DNA of 64,000 bases, from NCBI RefSeq assembly GCF_006345805.1, contig NC_042999.1:160890001-160954000 (forward strand), read 5' to 3'. The stretch is from Octopus sinensis (taxonomy: Eukaryota). Below, piece after piece: positions 49,687 through 62,662 of the stretch (position 1 is the first letter of the stretch; every line of letters starts with the position of its first letter). The notes under the pieces are model-generated. The model ran no database searches and had not been told where the DNA came from. It was given only the letters and a program-made list of their open reading frames with translations. A program made the translations under genes and the position numbers.

Positions 49687-49699
49687 CGTTGATAAATTT

Positions 49700-49730
49700 C
49701 TGGAATAGAAAAAGAAAAAGGAAAAATTTA
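49700..49730 (-). promoter_or_regulatory. 3' splice acceptor of a 5'-UTR intron
   Basis: Minus strand TTTCCTTTTTCTTTTTCTATTCCAG|AAATTTATCAACG ATG: a long polypyrimidine tract plus AG, with 13 nt between the AG and the start codon. Confidence 0.75.
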
Positions 49731-50827
49731 TATTATAAAAAAAGTAAACTGTGAACTATTAAAAGAATAAAAAAAAAAAAACCTCTTACATCAGTCACTT
49801 ATTTCAGTCTTTGGACTAATGGCCAAATTGTGGCACTACCATGAAGTGTGTAGTCAAACAAATTGACCTCAGTACTTTATGGGGGTGTAAACAAAAGACA
49901 CACATATATTAATAGACTTCTTTCAGTTTCTCTTTAACATGTAACAAATTTTTAAGCCTGATACTTATTCTACTGGTATTTTCTTTTGCTGAATTGATAA
50001 GTTACAGGGACATAAAACAAACTAACACTGGTTGTCAAGTAGTGATGTGGGGACAAACACACACACGCACACACACACACACACACATGCACACACACAC
50101 ACACGCACACACACACACAAACACGATGGGCTTCTTTCAGTTTCTGTCTACCAAATCCACTTATAAGTCTTTGGCTGACCTGGGGCTATAGTAAAAGACA
50201 TTAGCTCAAGGTGCCATGCAATAGGACTGAACCCAGAACCATGTGGTTGGTAAGTAAGCACCTTACCACACAGCCATGTCTATACCTATACATCAAGATA
50301 AAAATTATTTCTGTAAATTTCAGAATTAGGAATCTGACAAAACAATAAAATGATTGAAGCTTGTATCTAACCTAATTATTGTTATTGTTTTTATTTGTGT
50401 TGTCAAAGAGTTCTCATTTAATGAGCATTGTATTAAAGAATGTGCAAGTTCCACTTGCATTCTATTCATGATTGGCAGTTAACCATTGTTATGTACAATG
50501 ATCCTTCAACTTGGCAATTGTCCACGAGACTTGTGATAAAGTCAGAGAAGTCTGCAGACCACTACCACAGAACTTGATAGTATAGATATTATAACAGTTA
50601 ATGATGCTTGAGGTCAAAACCACAACAACCACAACAACCACAACATATCATGACTGAACTTTGTCACCGATTGTTATAGTCTCTATCAAACCATTGGAAA
50701 TGTTAGAGAAAGAGAACTAGATAACCCATTTATTAACAATTTCACATTAGCTTTCCAGTGTTAGTTGTAGCTGATTGGGTTTGCAAAATCTCAGAGTAAA
50801 TATTCAACAGTGGAATTATTTCCTTAA

Positions 50828-51048
50828 CCCTTTCGTTACCAACCTGGCTGAAACCGGCTCTGGCTCTGTTGTACAAATGTCTTGTTTTCTTAAGTTTTAA
50901 ATTAAAATCTTCCACCAAACCTTAGTCACAATTTATGTTCCTAACACTGGCTTCATGATAACTAAGTTATTTTACTAAATTCTTTATTATATTTAAAGTA
51001 ATTGAAAGAAACACAGAGTATCTCAAAATAAATACAGTAACAAAAGGG
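50828..51048. mobile_element. 220-bp TTAA-type MITE, family 1
   Basis: TTAA|CCCTTTCGTTAC ... GTAACAAAAGGG|TTAA. Confidence 0.9.
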
Positions 51049-52056
51049 TTAAAATCTCTTGTAATATTTCCCTAGCATTGTTGCTAGCATTGCTTGACAA
51101 CCGATGCTGGTGTGTTTATGTCCCCGTCACTTAGCGGTTCAGCAAAAAGAGACCGATAGAATAAGTACTGGGCTTACAAAAAGAATAAGTCCCGGGGTCG
51201 AGTTGCTTGACTAAAGGCGGTGCTCCAGCATGGCCGCAGTCAAATGACTGAAACAAGTAAAAGAGTAAATGAGAGTAAATGAGTATGGCAACATGGAGAA
51301 CAGATATTAAATGATGATGATTAATTTTTATGTTGTTAAATTAAAATAGAAATAATAATTGAATTTTTAAATATCTAAGAAGAGAATTGCTCATACGATT
51401 GACATCTTTCAGCATTTGGAATTTATATCTATAATGTGGCTTGTGGTAAGAAATTTGTTCCCTAAATACATGGATTTGAGTTCAGTTCTTCTACACCCTA
51501 GGGCTGACGAAAGCCTTATGCGTGGATGTGGTAGATGGAAACTGAAGGGGTGTGTGTGTGTGTGTGTGTGGTGTGTGTGTGTGTGTGTTTTTGTGTTAGT
51601 CCCTCAGTAACTTAGTGGGTTGGTGAAAGAGTCTGAGTAAATAAACACCAGATTTCAAAATAAGTACTGTGGTCGATTTGACTAAAACCCTTAAAGGTAG
51701 CACCCAAGCATGACTGCACTCTAATGAGTAAAAGGGCATATATATTAACCATATGTACCTGCTTCAACTTACAAATCTGATGTTACAGACAAATGTAAGA
51801 AACAAATCTATCTACACCCAGAAGAAAACTGTGCCTGCACATAGAATGCAATTAACCTTAGTCTAGAAATAAAGATTCCAGGAATAAAACACATGATGGC
51901 AATAATAAATCAAATTATAAAAATGTAAAGTAAATTGTAAATAATGACATGGAAGATGAAGTTGATAGTCTCTGAAACTCTATCCTGTTAGGAATGTCCA
52001 TGTTTTAACATTGTAAAGATGAAAAAGGAAATCAAAAATAAACAAAAATAAACATA

Positions 52057-52229
52057 GGTGCAGGAGTGGCTGTGTGGTAAGTAGCTTGTTTACCAACCAC
52101 ATGGTTCCGGGTTCAGTCCCACTGTGTGGCATCTTGGGCAAGTGTCTTCTACTATAGCCCCAGGCCGACCAATGCCTTGTGAGTGGATTTGGTAGACGGA
52201 AACTGAAAGAAGCCCGTCGTATATATGTG

Positions 52230-52262
<33 letters not shown>

Positions 52263-52474
52263 GTCTGTGTTTGTCCCCCTAGCATTGCTTGACAACCGAT
52301 GCTGGTGTGTTTACGTCCCCGTCACTTAGCAGTTCGGCAAAAGAGACTGATAGGATAAGTACTGGGCTTACAAAGAATAAGTCCCGGGGTCGATTTGCTC
52401 GACTAAAGGCGGTGCTCCAGCATGGCCGCAGTCAAATGACTGAAACAAGTAAAAGAGTAAAAGAGTAAAAGAGT
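52057..52474 (+). mobile_element. SINE family A
   Basis: Full-length match to the family consensus. Confidence 0.92.
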
Positions 52475-52956
52475 AAACTGAATTTGAAATATAAGAATCT
52501 GCAAGCTCAGAAGAACCATTGATCTGTTTTTCTAATTTTATTTTTTACTTTCATTTATAAACAACATTTTAATTTTAAATTATAACATTTAAATACAAAG
52601 AAACAAGAAAAATAAAAGAAGAAAAGAAAGAAAAAAACTAAGTGGGGGTAAAGCAGCAGAAGATGGAGGGTTGGATGTGGCATATACTCTAGAACAAATA
52701 GTGTGCTCAGCCGTGCCCTGCAGTAATGATCTGTTTATACTGTACATGCTATTAAGAATGATTAGCTTGGCTAATGAGTATTAAATTAGATGTGATATAC
52801 TGAAGGGTAATAACACAGGAGACAAGACTGATTTGTTTCAGATAAATACAAAATATTAGATGAAAGGAAATGAAATTTTTTCATAAGATTCTAAGATCCA
52901 CAACTTAGTCAAGGTCATTCACAATTTGAAATGTTTGCACGTCACAATAAAACAAA

Positions 52957-53358
52957 TCTTTATATATAAAAGTAAGGTTGTGTGCTGTCTTTCTCCTACG
53001 ATTTAGATTCCTAACTACTCCCACATTTTGGGATGCAGGGTAACCAAAAGCGGGTATCTTATAGTCGTGATTCATATCGAGCCCTTCTGGGTATTAGCGC
53101 GCGTCTTACGATGAGTCTACGATTTTAAAAATAATTTACCATCATTTTTTTCCATTTTAATGCATTTTTTTCGCTATTCTATAAGGGAAGTAACTCTCTA
53201 AAAATGTCTACGATGAGTCAACGATTTAAAAAAAAATTTACAATAATTTTTTTTCCATTTTTGATGCATTTTTTTTGCTATTTTTTGGCTAACTCTCTAA
53301 AAATGCTTATATAGTTATTTCCCTTACAAACCCGAGCAATGCCGGGCGATACTGCTAG
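52957..53358 (+). mobile_element. Non-autonomous Helitron H1
   Basis: A|TC start, CCCGAGCAATGCCGGG hairpin, CTAG|T end. Confidence 0.88.
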
Positions 53359-53365
53359 TATATAA

Positions 53366-53990
53366 TACAAGTAGAAAGATATATTTTTTTTTAATGCGTA
53401 AGAACTGATAGAACAGCGTATACAGGAAAAAAATCCTTACAAAGCAGAAAAATCTGTCAGCAGCCAGCCATGAATCTCATGGCTGGTTGACGACAGATTT
53501 TTCTGCTTTGTAAGGATTTTATCCTATATATGCTGTTCTATCAGTTCTTACCCTTTTTACTCTTTTACTTGTTTCAGTCATTTGACTGCAGCCATGCTGG
53601 AGCACCGCCTTTAGTCGAGCAAATCGACCCCGGGACTTATTCTTTTGTAAGCCCAGTACTTATTCTATCGGTCTCTTTTTTGCCGAACCGCTAATTGATG
53701 GGGACGTAAACACACCAGCAGTGGTTGTCAAGCAATGCTAGGGGGACAAACACAGACACACAAACACACACATATATATATATTTATATATACATATATA
53801 CGACAGGCTTCTTTCAGTTTCCGTCTACCAAATCCACTCACAAGGCATTGGTCGACCCGGGGCTATAGCAGAAGACACTTGCCCAAGATGCCACACAGTG
53901 GGACTGAACCCGGAACCATGTGGTTGGTTAGCAAGCTAATTACCACACAGCCACTCCTACATTGAAAAAATATATATCTTTCTACTTGTA
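53366..53990. repeat. Long palindrome interrupted by a SINE A (53552-53958, minus)
   Basis: Arms 53398-53473 and 53477-53551 pair; 53366-53397 pairs with about 53960-53990. Confidence 0.88.
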
Positions 53991-54483
53991 CTACAACACA
54001 TTTCAGCACTTCAAAAACATATTTATGTTTGTTTACATGTGATGTAATTTCTATACATATATAAGGTTTTATATCAAAAGTAAAGTCCAGAGTAATCCAT
54101 AGGTAGGAGAGGTGCAGCTGGAGTGCAAAAAGTCCAAAAGAGAATCCTTAAAGGGTAGAAAGTCCAGTGAAGTTCGTGGGTGATGAGAGGAGACAAGATC
54201 AACTGGTGTGACCACGTGAGTGTGTGATATATGGGGAGAATTCACGAAAAAAACAAAAGACGAAGACAGGTGGTGTAGAAAACAAACAGGCCCTTTCTCA
54301 AATCACTGCTTGCATACACACACGTACACAGTGCCAAGAAGGGCATCCCTCTGTAAAAAATCAGTTTACTAGCCCCTGTGAAAAGCAGCCAACCCATGCC
54401 AGCATGGAAGACAGATGCTAAATAATGATGATGATGACACAGAAATATAGTTGAATGGAGACAATTTATAAAAAAATCTCTTA

Positions 54484-54891
54484 GGTGCAGGAGTGGCTGT
54501 GTGGTAAGTAGCTTGCTAACCAACCACATGGTTCTGGGTTCAGTCCCACTGCGTGGCATCTTGGGCAAGTGTCTTCTGCTATAGCCTTGGGCTGACCAAA
54601 GCCTTGTGAGTGGATTTGGTAGAAGGAAACTGAAAGAAGCCTGTCGTATATATGTATATATATATATATATATGTGTGTGTTTGTGTGTCTGTGTTTGTC
54701 CCCCTAGCATTGCTTGACAACCGATGCTGGTGTGTTTATGTCCCCGTCATTTAGCGGTTTGGCAAAAGAGACCGATAGAATAAGTACTGGGCTTACAAAG
54801 AATAAGTCCCAGGGTCGATTTGCTCGACTAAAGGCGGTGCTCCAGCATGGCCGCAGTCAAATGACTGAAACAAGTAAAAGAGAGTAAGAGT
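54484..54891 (+). mobile_element. SINE family A
   Basis: Full-length match to the family consensus. Confidence 0.92.
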
Positions 54892-55249
54892 TACATGATT
54901 AACAGGTAAGAATTATCAAAAAGAAGGTACCTGGCTGTAAAACAATGCTTCTGTTATATGAATTTATCTAATCATATCTAGTATTAGTATGAGGAAATGG
55001 TGCACTTACAGATGCACACACATATACATACATGTGGTCAAAGTGATCTTAATTATCACCATCACCTTATCAGAACTCTAATCAATATCATCCACATGTC
55101 AAATGTTGATTCACACAAAATATTTTACAACTGCAGCAAGAAATTTTGACTGTTAGGAGCTCAATTTCATCGTAATTAAGCTCATTTAGTGTTGTTTCAA
55201 TAGAATTGTGGCCAGAGACTGAAAACAATTTTGTTACATTGAAAATTTT

Positions 55250-55892
55250 GCTATGCTGGTATTTTGTATTATGATGGTCAGGCCATGGAAAGTCCCAGGT
55301 GCCATTAAGATAACATCGAAAACATATGTTATCTTCTTAAAGGACAATTTCTAATTGTGGTTCAAAAAGTAAAAAACTTTCATTCAAGAGAAAACATGTC
55401 TTCATGCAAGATAATGCCCCGTCTCATGCAACGAAGAATTCTAAAGAATGCCTGCAGGAAATAGGCTTCTCTGGAGGTCGTTTGATGGAGTGGCTACCTT
55501 GTTCTCCTGACTTAAACCTGATCGAGAAGATGTGGAATGTCCTGAAGAGGTGCATTTATCAAGACGGACAGCAGTTTTCAAGTAAAGTTGCTGTCGGGGA
55601 TGTTATTGTAGATGCTGCTCAAAGCACGACAAAGAAGGTATCATCACCTTGACAAATTCAATGCATCAGCACATAAGAAAGGTTGTTGCATGTGGAGGAT
55701 CATAAATCAAACATTAGGAGCTGTATGACATCATAATCCCATGATTATTTTCATTCCAATGTATTATTATGTTTACCATTAAGTCCTTTATGAATAATTT
55801 TATTTGTTAAACCATCACTGTTGAATTAAATAAATGTTTGTACTGACTTGATCATCATTTTTAATATACTTGCCTAATAATTTGTGACAGTG
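55250..55892 (+). mobile_element. Tc1 transposase 3' fragment
   Basis: MQDNAPSH...WLPCSPDLNLIEKMW (DD34E-type core). Confidence 0.85.
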
Positions 55893-56759
55893 AAAATGTT
55901 GCCCAATCACAAAAATGGGCGCCAAATGTTGGCATCTGCGCAGATCCGATTTATTTTAACAGAATGTGCATAGATAGGTTTTGTCAACAGTCAGTGGGAA
56001 AACAACTGGTTTTGAATGAATATACATTTATTTATTGAGAGAAGGATGATTTGCCTAATAATGTGGGATGAAGTGTATAAATACATACATATAATCAGTA
56101 TATATATATACACACATATATATATACAAATGCAGGAGATGTGGGTTCATGTCCCACAAGCAGCCTTTGACTTTTCCTGTCCCAAAGGGTTTTTTAACAC
56201 AATATGTATCAGGGCAAACCATCAAGTTAGAAGAAGGGGTATACAAGTGGTGAAGACGATTGGATAGGGAGCAAGGGCTGGTAAGTTCACTAGAGTGTAA
56301 AACGAGTGGGTGATGGTAGGGAGAGGATGTGTCTTAATGAGGCTTTTGAGTGAAAGAGGAAGAAACAGAGACATATAACACAAAGTTCTTATGGGACAAT
56401 CTACTGAGAGCAACAGACCAAATCTTTGGTTGGAGCAAAGTTTCTTATTTCTTTACTGCTCACAAGGGGCTACACACAGAGAGGATAAACAAAGACATAC
56501 AAATGGATTAAGTCGATTATATCGCCCCCAGTGTGTAACTGATACTTATTTAATCGACCCTGAAAGGATGAATGGCAAAGTCGACCTTGGCAGAATTTGA
56601 ACTCAGAATGTAACGGCAGATGAAATACTGCTAAGCATTTTACCCGGTGTGCTAACGTTTCTGCCAGCTCGCCACCTTTGGAGCAAAGTTTCTGCCAGAC
56701 CAAGGATGACATGGTAATAGAATAGCAAGGATGACAGGGTTAGGGTTAGCGACCATAAA

Positions 56760-56930
56760 AGAGAAGAGACAGGTTTAGAAAGAGTGAAAAAGTGGAGGTA
56801 GCAAAGAACCATATCAGATAGCTAAAAGGGAAGCTTAGGCATCAGGTTTATCAAGCTAGGGCAGAAGCAGAAAAGAAGAGGTTTGCCAATGTCTTACAGC
56901 ATGAAGAACAAAAACTTGTTTCAGATTGTT
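56760..56930 (+). mobile_element. Small RTE-like ORF fragment
   Basis: GGSKEPYQIAKREA...RAEAEKKRFANVLQHE resembles the endonuclease-RT linker of RTE elements. Confidence 0.5.
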
Positions 56931-56935
56931 AGACA

Positions 56936-57328
56936 GGCGCAGGAGTGGCTGTGTGGTAAGTAGCTTGTTTACCAACCAAATGGTTCCGGGTTCAGTTCCA
57001 CTGCGTGGCACCTCGGGCCGACCAAAGCCTTGTGAGTGGATTTGGTAGACGGAAACTGAAAAGAAGCCCGTCGTATATATGTATATATATATATATCTAT
57101 GCATGTGTGTGTTTGTGTGTCTGTGTTTGTCCCCCCCCCTCGCATTGCTTGACAACCGATGCTGGTGTGTTTATGTCCCCGTTACTTAGCGGTTCAGCAA
57201 AAGAGACCGATAGAATAAGTACTGGGCTTACAAAAGAATAAGTCCCGGGGTCGAGTTGCTCGACTAATGGTGGTGCTCCAGCATGGCCGAAGTCAAATGA
57301 CTGAAACAAGTAAAAGAGTAAAGAGAGT
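56936..57328 (+). mobile_element. SINE family A with a small internal deletion
   Basis: Family consensus; lacks the GGCAAGTGTC...ATAGCC segment. Confidence 0.9.
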
Positions 57329-57672
57329 GCATCACAGAGAACTAAAATGTTGTGGGAGAGAAGTGTGTACAGTTGGATAAGAGTAAGATTGCACTTGATG
57401 ATTCTGACAAAGAAAGAGACATTTAATAGCTTTTCCCAGTAGCTCTTCCATGTGGAGAATGATTGGGAGAAAGAGAGCCTCTCCTATATGAACCTAGCCG
57501 AGGGACCAACTATCTTAGTTGACAGCAGTATGATAGATAAGGCAGTTATGATGATGATCACTTAAAGTGGATGGAACTTGTAGACAAGGGAGACATAGGA
57601 CAAAATATTGAAGACTGATCTCAAGGGCCTTGATTTTTCAACACTTATACAAGTCTCACACAATTATAACAT

Positions 57673-57887
57673 CTCTTTACTCTTTTACTTGTTTCAGTCA
57701 TTTGACTGCGGCCATGCTGGAGCACCGCCTTTAGTCAAGCAAATCGACCCTGGGATTTATTCTTTTGTAAGCCCAGTACTTATTCTATCGGTCTCTTTTG
57801 CCGAACCGCTAAGTAATGGGGACATAAACACACCAGCATCGGTTGTCAAGCAATGCTAGGGGGACAAACACAGACACACAAACACAC

Positions 57888-57922
<35 letters not shown>

Positions 57923-58082
57923 CATATATACGACGGGCTTCTTTCAGTTTCCATCTACCAAATCCACTCACAAGGCATTGGTTGGCCCGGGGCTATAGCA
58001 GAAGACACTTGCCCAAGATGCCACGCAGTGAGACTGAACCCAGAACCATGTGGTTGGTTAGCAAGCTACTTACCACACAGCC
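57673..58082 (-). mobile_element. SINE family A
   Basis: Family consensus. Confidence 0.92.
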
Positions 58083-58243
58083 ATGAAGTATTGGAATATG
58101 CAGATGAGCTTCAAAAGGGGACAACTTGGATTATAACACTATCTACATGAATGTATATATTCGTATCTATATGCACGTGTGTGTGTGTATGTATATACAC
58201 ACACTCACACCTTATATGTATATTCATATACATAGCTTATATA

Positions 58244-58669
58244 GGTGCAGGAGTGGCTGTGTGGTAAGTAGCTTGCTAACCAACCACATGGTTCTGGGTT
58301 CAGTCCCACTGCGTGGCATCTTGGGCAAGTGTCTTCTGCTATAGTCCCGGGCCAACCAATGCCTTGTGAGTGGATTTGGTAGAAGGAAACTGAAAGAAGC
58401 CCGTCGTATATATGTATGTAAATATATATATATATATATATGTGTGTATGTGTTTATGTGTCTGTGTTTGTCTCCCTAGCATTGCTTGACAACCGATGCT
58501 GGTGTGTTTACGTCCCCGTCACTTAGCAGTTCGGCAAAGGAGACCGATAGAATAAGTACTGGGCTTACAAAGAATAAGTCCTGGGGTCGAGTTGCTCGAC
58601 TAAAGGCGGTGCTCCAGCATGGCCGCAGTCAAATGACTGAAACAAGTAAAAGAGTAAAAGAGTAAGAGT
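58244..58669 (+). mobile_element. SINE family A
   Basis: Family consensus. Confidence 0.92.
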
Positions 58670-59049
58670 TATATGAACAAAATAAAGCAGAAATTCAATT
58701 CAACTGAACTGAGATTTTCAAAGGAAATGTCAAGTAAATTACAAAATTAACCAGTTAAAATTGTGTACGTAATGAGAAAGACAGTAAACTTGTAGGTTTT
58801 GCCTATATTTGTTTGGCAGATTGGCATTATATTTCCTCACATACTATGTAATGGAAGAAGAAAAGGATGATGATGATGATGATGATCACACAGTTGTAAA
58901 ATACTGCCTCAATAGGTCTTCATTCAACCTATGACAGTGTAGAGAAGTGGATGTAAAAATTAAATGAATAAATATGTGTATGTATGTGTGTAGATATACA
59001 CATAAATACACACACACACACACGTGTATGTGCAATCTTCTTTTATCTT

Positions 59050-59424
59050 CTATCTTTTACTTGTTTCAGTCATTTGACTGCGGCCATGCTGGAGCACAGC
59101 CTTTAGTCGAGCAAATCGACCCCGGGACTTATTCTTTGTAAGCCCAGTACTTATTCTATCAGTCTCTTTTGCCGAACCGCTAAGTGACGGAGACGTAAAC
59201 ACACCAGCATCGGTTGTCAAGCAATGCTAGGGGGACAAACACACAAACACACATATATATACATATATACGACAGGCTTCTTTCAGTTTCCGTCTACCAA
59301 ATCCACTCACAAGGCATTGGTCGGCCCGGGGCTATAGCAGAAGACACTTGCCCAAGATGCCACGCAGTGGGACTGAACCCGGAGCCGTGTGGTTGGTTAG
59401 CAAGCTACTTACCACACAGCCACT
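59050..59424 (-). mobile_element. SINE family A
   Basis: Family consensus. Confidence 0.92.
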
Positions 59425-59699
59425 TGCATTTTTATCACTTTATATGGTAAACATTGTTGGTAAAAATCCAATCATACTTGTGTGCGGTAAGTATGTTTCT
59501 CATTCCAAAAATATCCATCTCCCGTTCTATCCCAAAAGTGCATTTGTTACTATTCCTAGTAAAATCAATGTTCTCGTCAGCTTTTCATTTGACACCACTC
59601 ACAAATATGCCAATACTCTTTATGTGTTTTCTCTTTTCTAAACCACATCAACTCTTTTAAGAAAATGCATACATTACAGCATAATCAGCAAATATTTTA

Positions 59700-60064
59700 C
59701 TATCTATCTATTCGCTCAGTCGAAGTCGACTCTCGGTTACTCGATGGATCAGTGTCCTCCAGTCAGTTCTATCCTGGGCCGCTTCTTTCAGATTGGCTAT
59801 GTCCATTCCGGTATCACTCTTGATGGTGTCAAGCCAGCGGGTTCTTGGTCGGCCTCTTCCTCTCTTGCCACTGACCATTCTGAGCATGATGTCCTTTTCC
59901 AGGGATTTTCTCCACAGAATATGACCAAAATATGCCAATCTATGTTTGGTGATCCTAGCTTCTAGTGACATTTTCGACCTGATCTGCTTAAGAACTTCTC
60001 CATTGGTGAGACTCGCTGTCCATGGAATCCATAAGTCTTCTCCAAGACCAAAGCTCAAATGCAT
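59700..60064 (-). mobile_element. RTE LINE 3' end with (TAGA)n tail
   Basis: WTASLTNGEVLKQI...RLAYFGHI...GKRGRGRPRTRWLD...DRTDWR. Confidence 0.88.
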
Positions 60065-60229
60065 TAATATATTTTACAGTATTCATTTATTCATTTGTTA
60101 CCTTTTGTGGACAATGGAATCAATAATAAAAGGTTTGTTGTTAGACAATCACTGCTTCATAGCATGTCACAGATCGAAAGGGACAATCTAGTCTCTAACT
60201 CAATGTATTTCAAGGGACTTCATTCTTAA

Positions 60230-60449
60230 CCTTTTCGTTACTGTATTTATTTTGAGATGCTCTGTGTTTCTTTCAATTATTTTAAATATAACAAAGAATT
60301 TAGTAAAATAACTAAGTTATCATTAAGCTAGTATAGGGAACATAAATTGTGACTAAGGTTTGATGGAAGATTTTTATTCAAAACTTATGAAAACAAGACA
60401 TTTGTACTCAGAGCCAGAGACGGTTTCAGCCGGGTTGGTAATGAAAGGG
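60230..60449. mobile_element. 220-bp TTAA-type MITE, family 1
   Basis: TTAA|CCTTTTCGTTAC ... GTAATGAAAGGG|TTTAA. Confidence 0.87.
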
Positions 60450-61977
60450 TTTAAGTAACAGACTTTTGGTTTTTCTTCTTGATCTATATCTTTTGCTGGT
60501 GAGGCTGTGTGGTAAGAAGCTTGCTTTCCAACCACATGGTTCCGGGTTCAGTCCCACTGCATGGCACCTTGGACAAAGCCTTGTGAGTGGATTTGGTAGA
60601 TGGAAACTGAAAGAAGCTCATCATATATATATACATACATGTGTGTGTGAGTATCTTTGTGTTTGTTCCCCCATCACCGCTTGTCAATCGGTGTTGGTGT
60701 GTTTACATCCTCATGACTTAGCAGTTCAGCAAAGAGAACAATACAATAAGTACTAGGCTTAAAACAATAAATCCTGAGGTCAATCTGTTCAACTAAAACC
60801 CTTCAAGGCGGTACTCCAGCATTGCCACAGTCAACTGGCTGAAACAAATAAATGAAAAAGAATAAAAGAATAAATATATCGATGAAAGATCTATCCATTG
60901 TTATTATCATCACATAAAGAGGCAGATTGGCAGAACTATTATCACACTGAGCAAAGTGCTTCATGACATTTTGTTTGTCTTTACATTCTGAGTTCAAATT
61001 CCACCGAGGTCAACTTCGCCTTTCATCCCTTCGGGGTGGATAAATTAAAGTATCAGTTGAATACCGGGGTTGATGTAATTGGCTTCTTACTCCTCCCCTT
61101 AAACTGCTGGCCCTGAGCCAAAATTTGAAACCAGTTATTATCATCACATCTGCTTCATGAACCACTATTTTAGACAGATACCCTTGCTATGTGAACTCTA
61201 ACTTTCAAGTGATGTACTTTATTTCTCTGATCTTTTTGCATTGAACTGCAAAGTAACTAATAATGAAATATGCTACATACAAATATATGCAAAGTGCATT
61301 TTCACAGTTTCCATCTACCAGAATATACTCCAAAGGTCAACTCAAGGCTATGAAGGAAGAAATTTACTCAAGTAATGTGCACAGGGATCAAACCTAAACC
61401 ATATGGCTGTAAAATGAATTTCCCTGCCATAGGACCATACCTCAACAACTTTTTTAGTTATGTTCCTTTAGGCTCCAACACATTTTTACCACCGAGTTTA
61501 CAAGTTTGTTTATTCCAGTAACATAAAAATCTGGAATTCTGGAGCTGATGAACGCATTTTCAGTATTGGTTTGATTTTTGAACTCCTTCCCTCACAGAAA
61601 ACCATTAAGATACTTGAAAAAGTGGTAGTCGATAGTGCTGCCTGACTGGCTCCCATGCCAGTGGCACATAAAGAGCACCATTTGAGTGTGGCTGTTACCA
61701 GTGCTGCCTGACTGGCTTCCATGCCAGTGGCACATTAAAAGCATCATTCAAGCATGGTTGATGCCAGTGCTGCCTGACTCACCCCCGTGCTGGTGGCACA
61801 TAAAAAGCACTCACTACACTCTCAGAGTGGTTGGTGTTAGGGATGGCATCCAGCTGTAGAAACCTTGCCAGATCAGATTGGAGCCTAGTGCAGCCTCCTG
61901 GCTTGTTAGTCCTCAGTCAAACTATCCAACCCATGCCAGCATGCAAAGCGGATGTTAAATGATGATGATGATATGTA

Positions 61978-62178
61978 TTATTAATAAAGCTGCAAAGACA
62001 TCACAAAAACTGTTACTCAGAGTTTCACGTTCCTGTTTGTAGGACAGTTTTAGTTGAGAATGGAACATAAAATAAGGCTATATTTTTCTTCAATTTTCTC
62101 GACCAAAGCTGTCCGACGAACAAGAACCTGAAACTCTGAGTAACAGTTTTTGTGATGTCTTTGCAGCTTAATTAATAA
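61978..62178. repeat. About 200-bp palindromic (foldback) element
   Basis: About 85-bp arms with few mismatches. Confidence 0.88.
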
Positions 62179-62267
62179 AGCATGTTACTCTACCTCCAGT
62201 ATTCGAATACTATTTTTTCCACCTTGTTTCACATTTATGTGTTTACTCTGGTATGTATGTATGTATA

Positions 62268-62662
62268 TACTCTTTACTCTCTTCTACTTGTTTCAGTCAT
62301 TTGACTGCAGCCATGCTGGAGCACTGCCTTTAATCGAGCAACTCGACCCCAGGACTTATTCTTTTGGAAGCCCAGTACTTATTCTGTCGGTCTCTTTTGC
62401 CAAACTGCTAAGTAACGGGGACATAAACACACCAGCATCGGTTGTCAAGCAATGCTAGGGGGACAAACACAGACACACAAACACACACACACATATATAT
62501 ATATATACATATATACGATGGGCTTCTTTCAGTTTCCGTCTACCAAATCCACTCACAAGGCTTTGGTCAGCTCGAGGCTATAGTAGAAGACACTTGCCCA
62601 AGGTGTCACGCAGTGGGACTGAACCCGGAACCATGTGGTTGGTAAACAAGCTACTTACCACA
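62268..62662 (-). mobile_element. SINE family A
   Basis: Family consensus. Confidence 0.9.

Noticed and set aside
55895-55960. CCAAT plus GGCGCC patch as a candidate promoter
   Set aside because: These are short motifs next to a Tc1 end, with no supportable first exon or donor.
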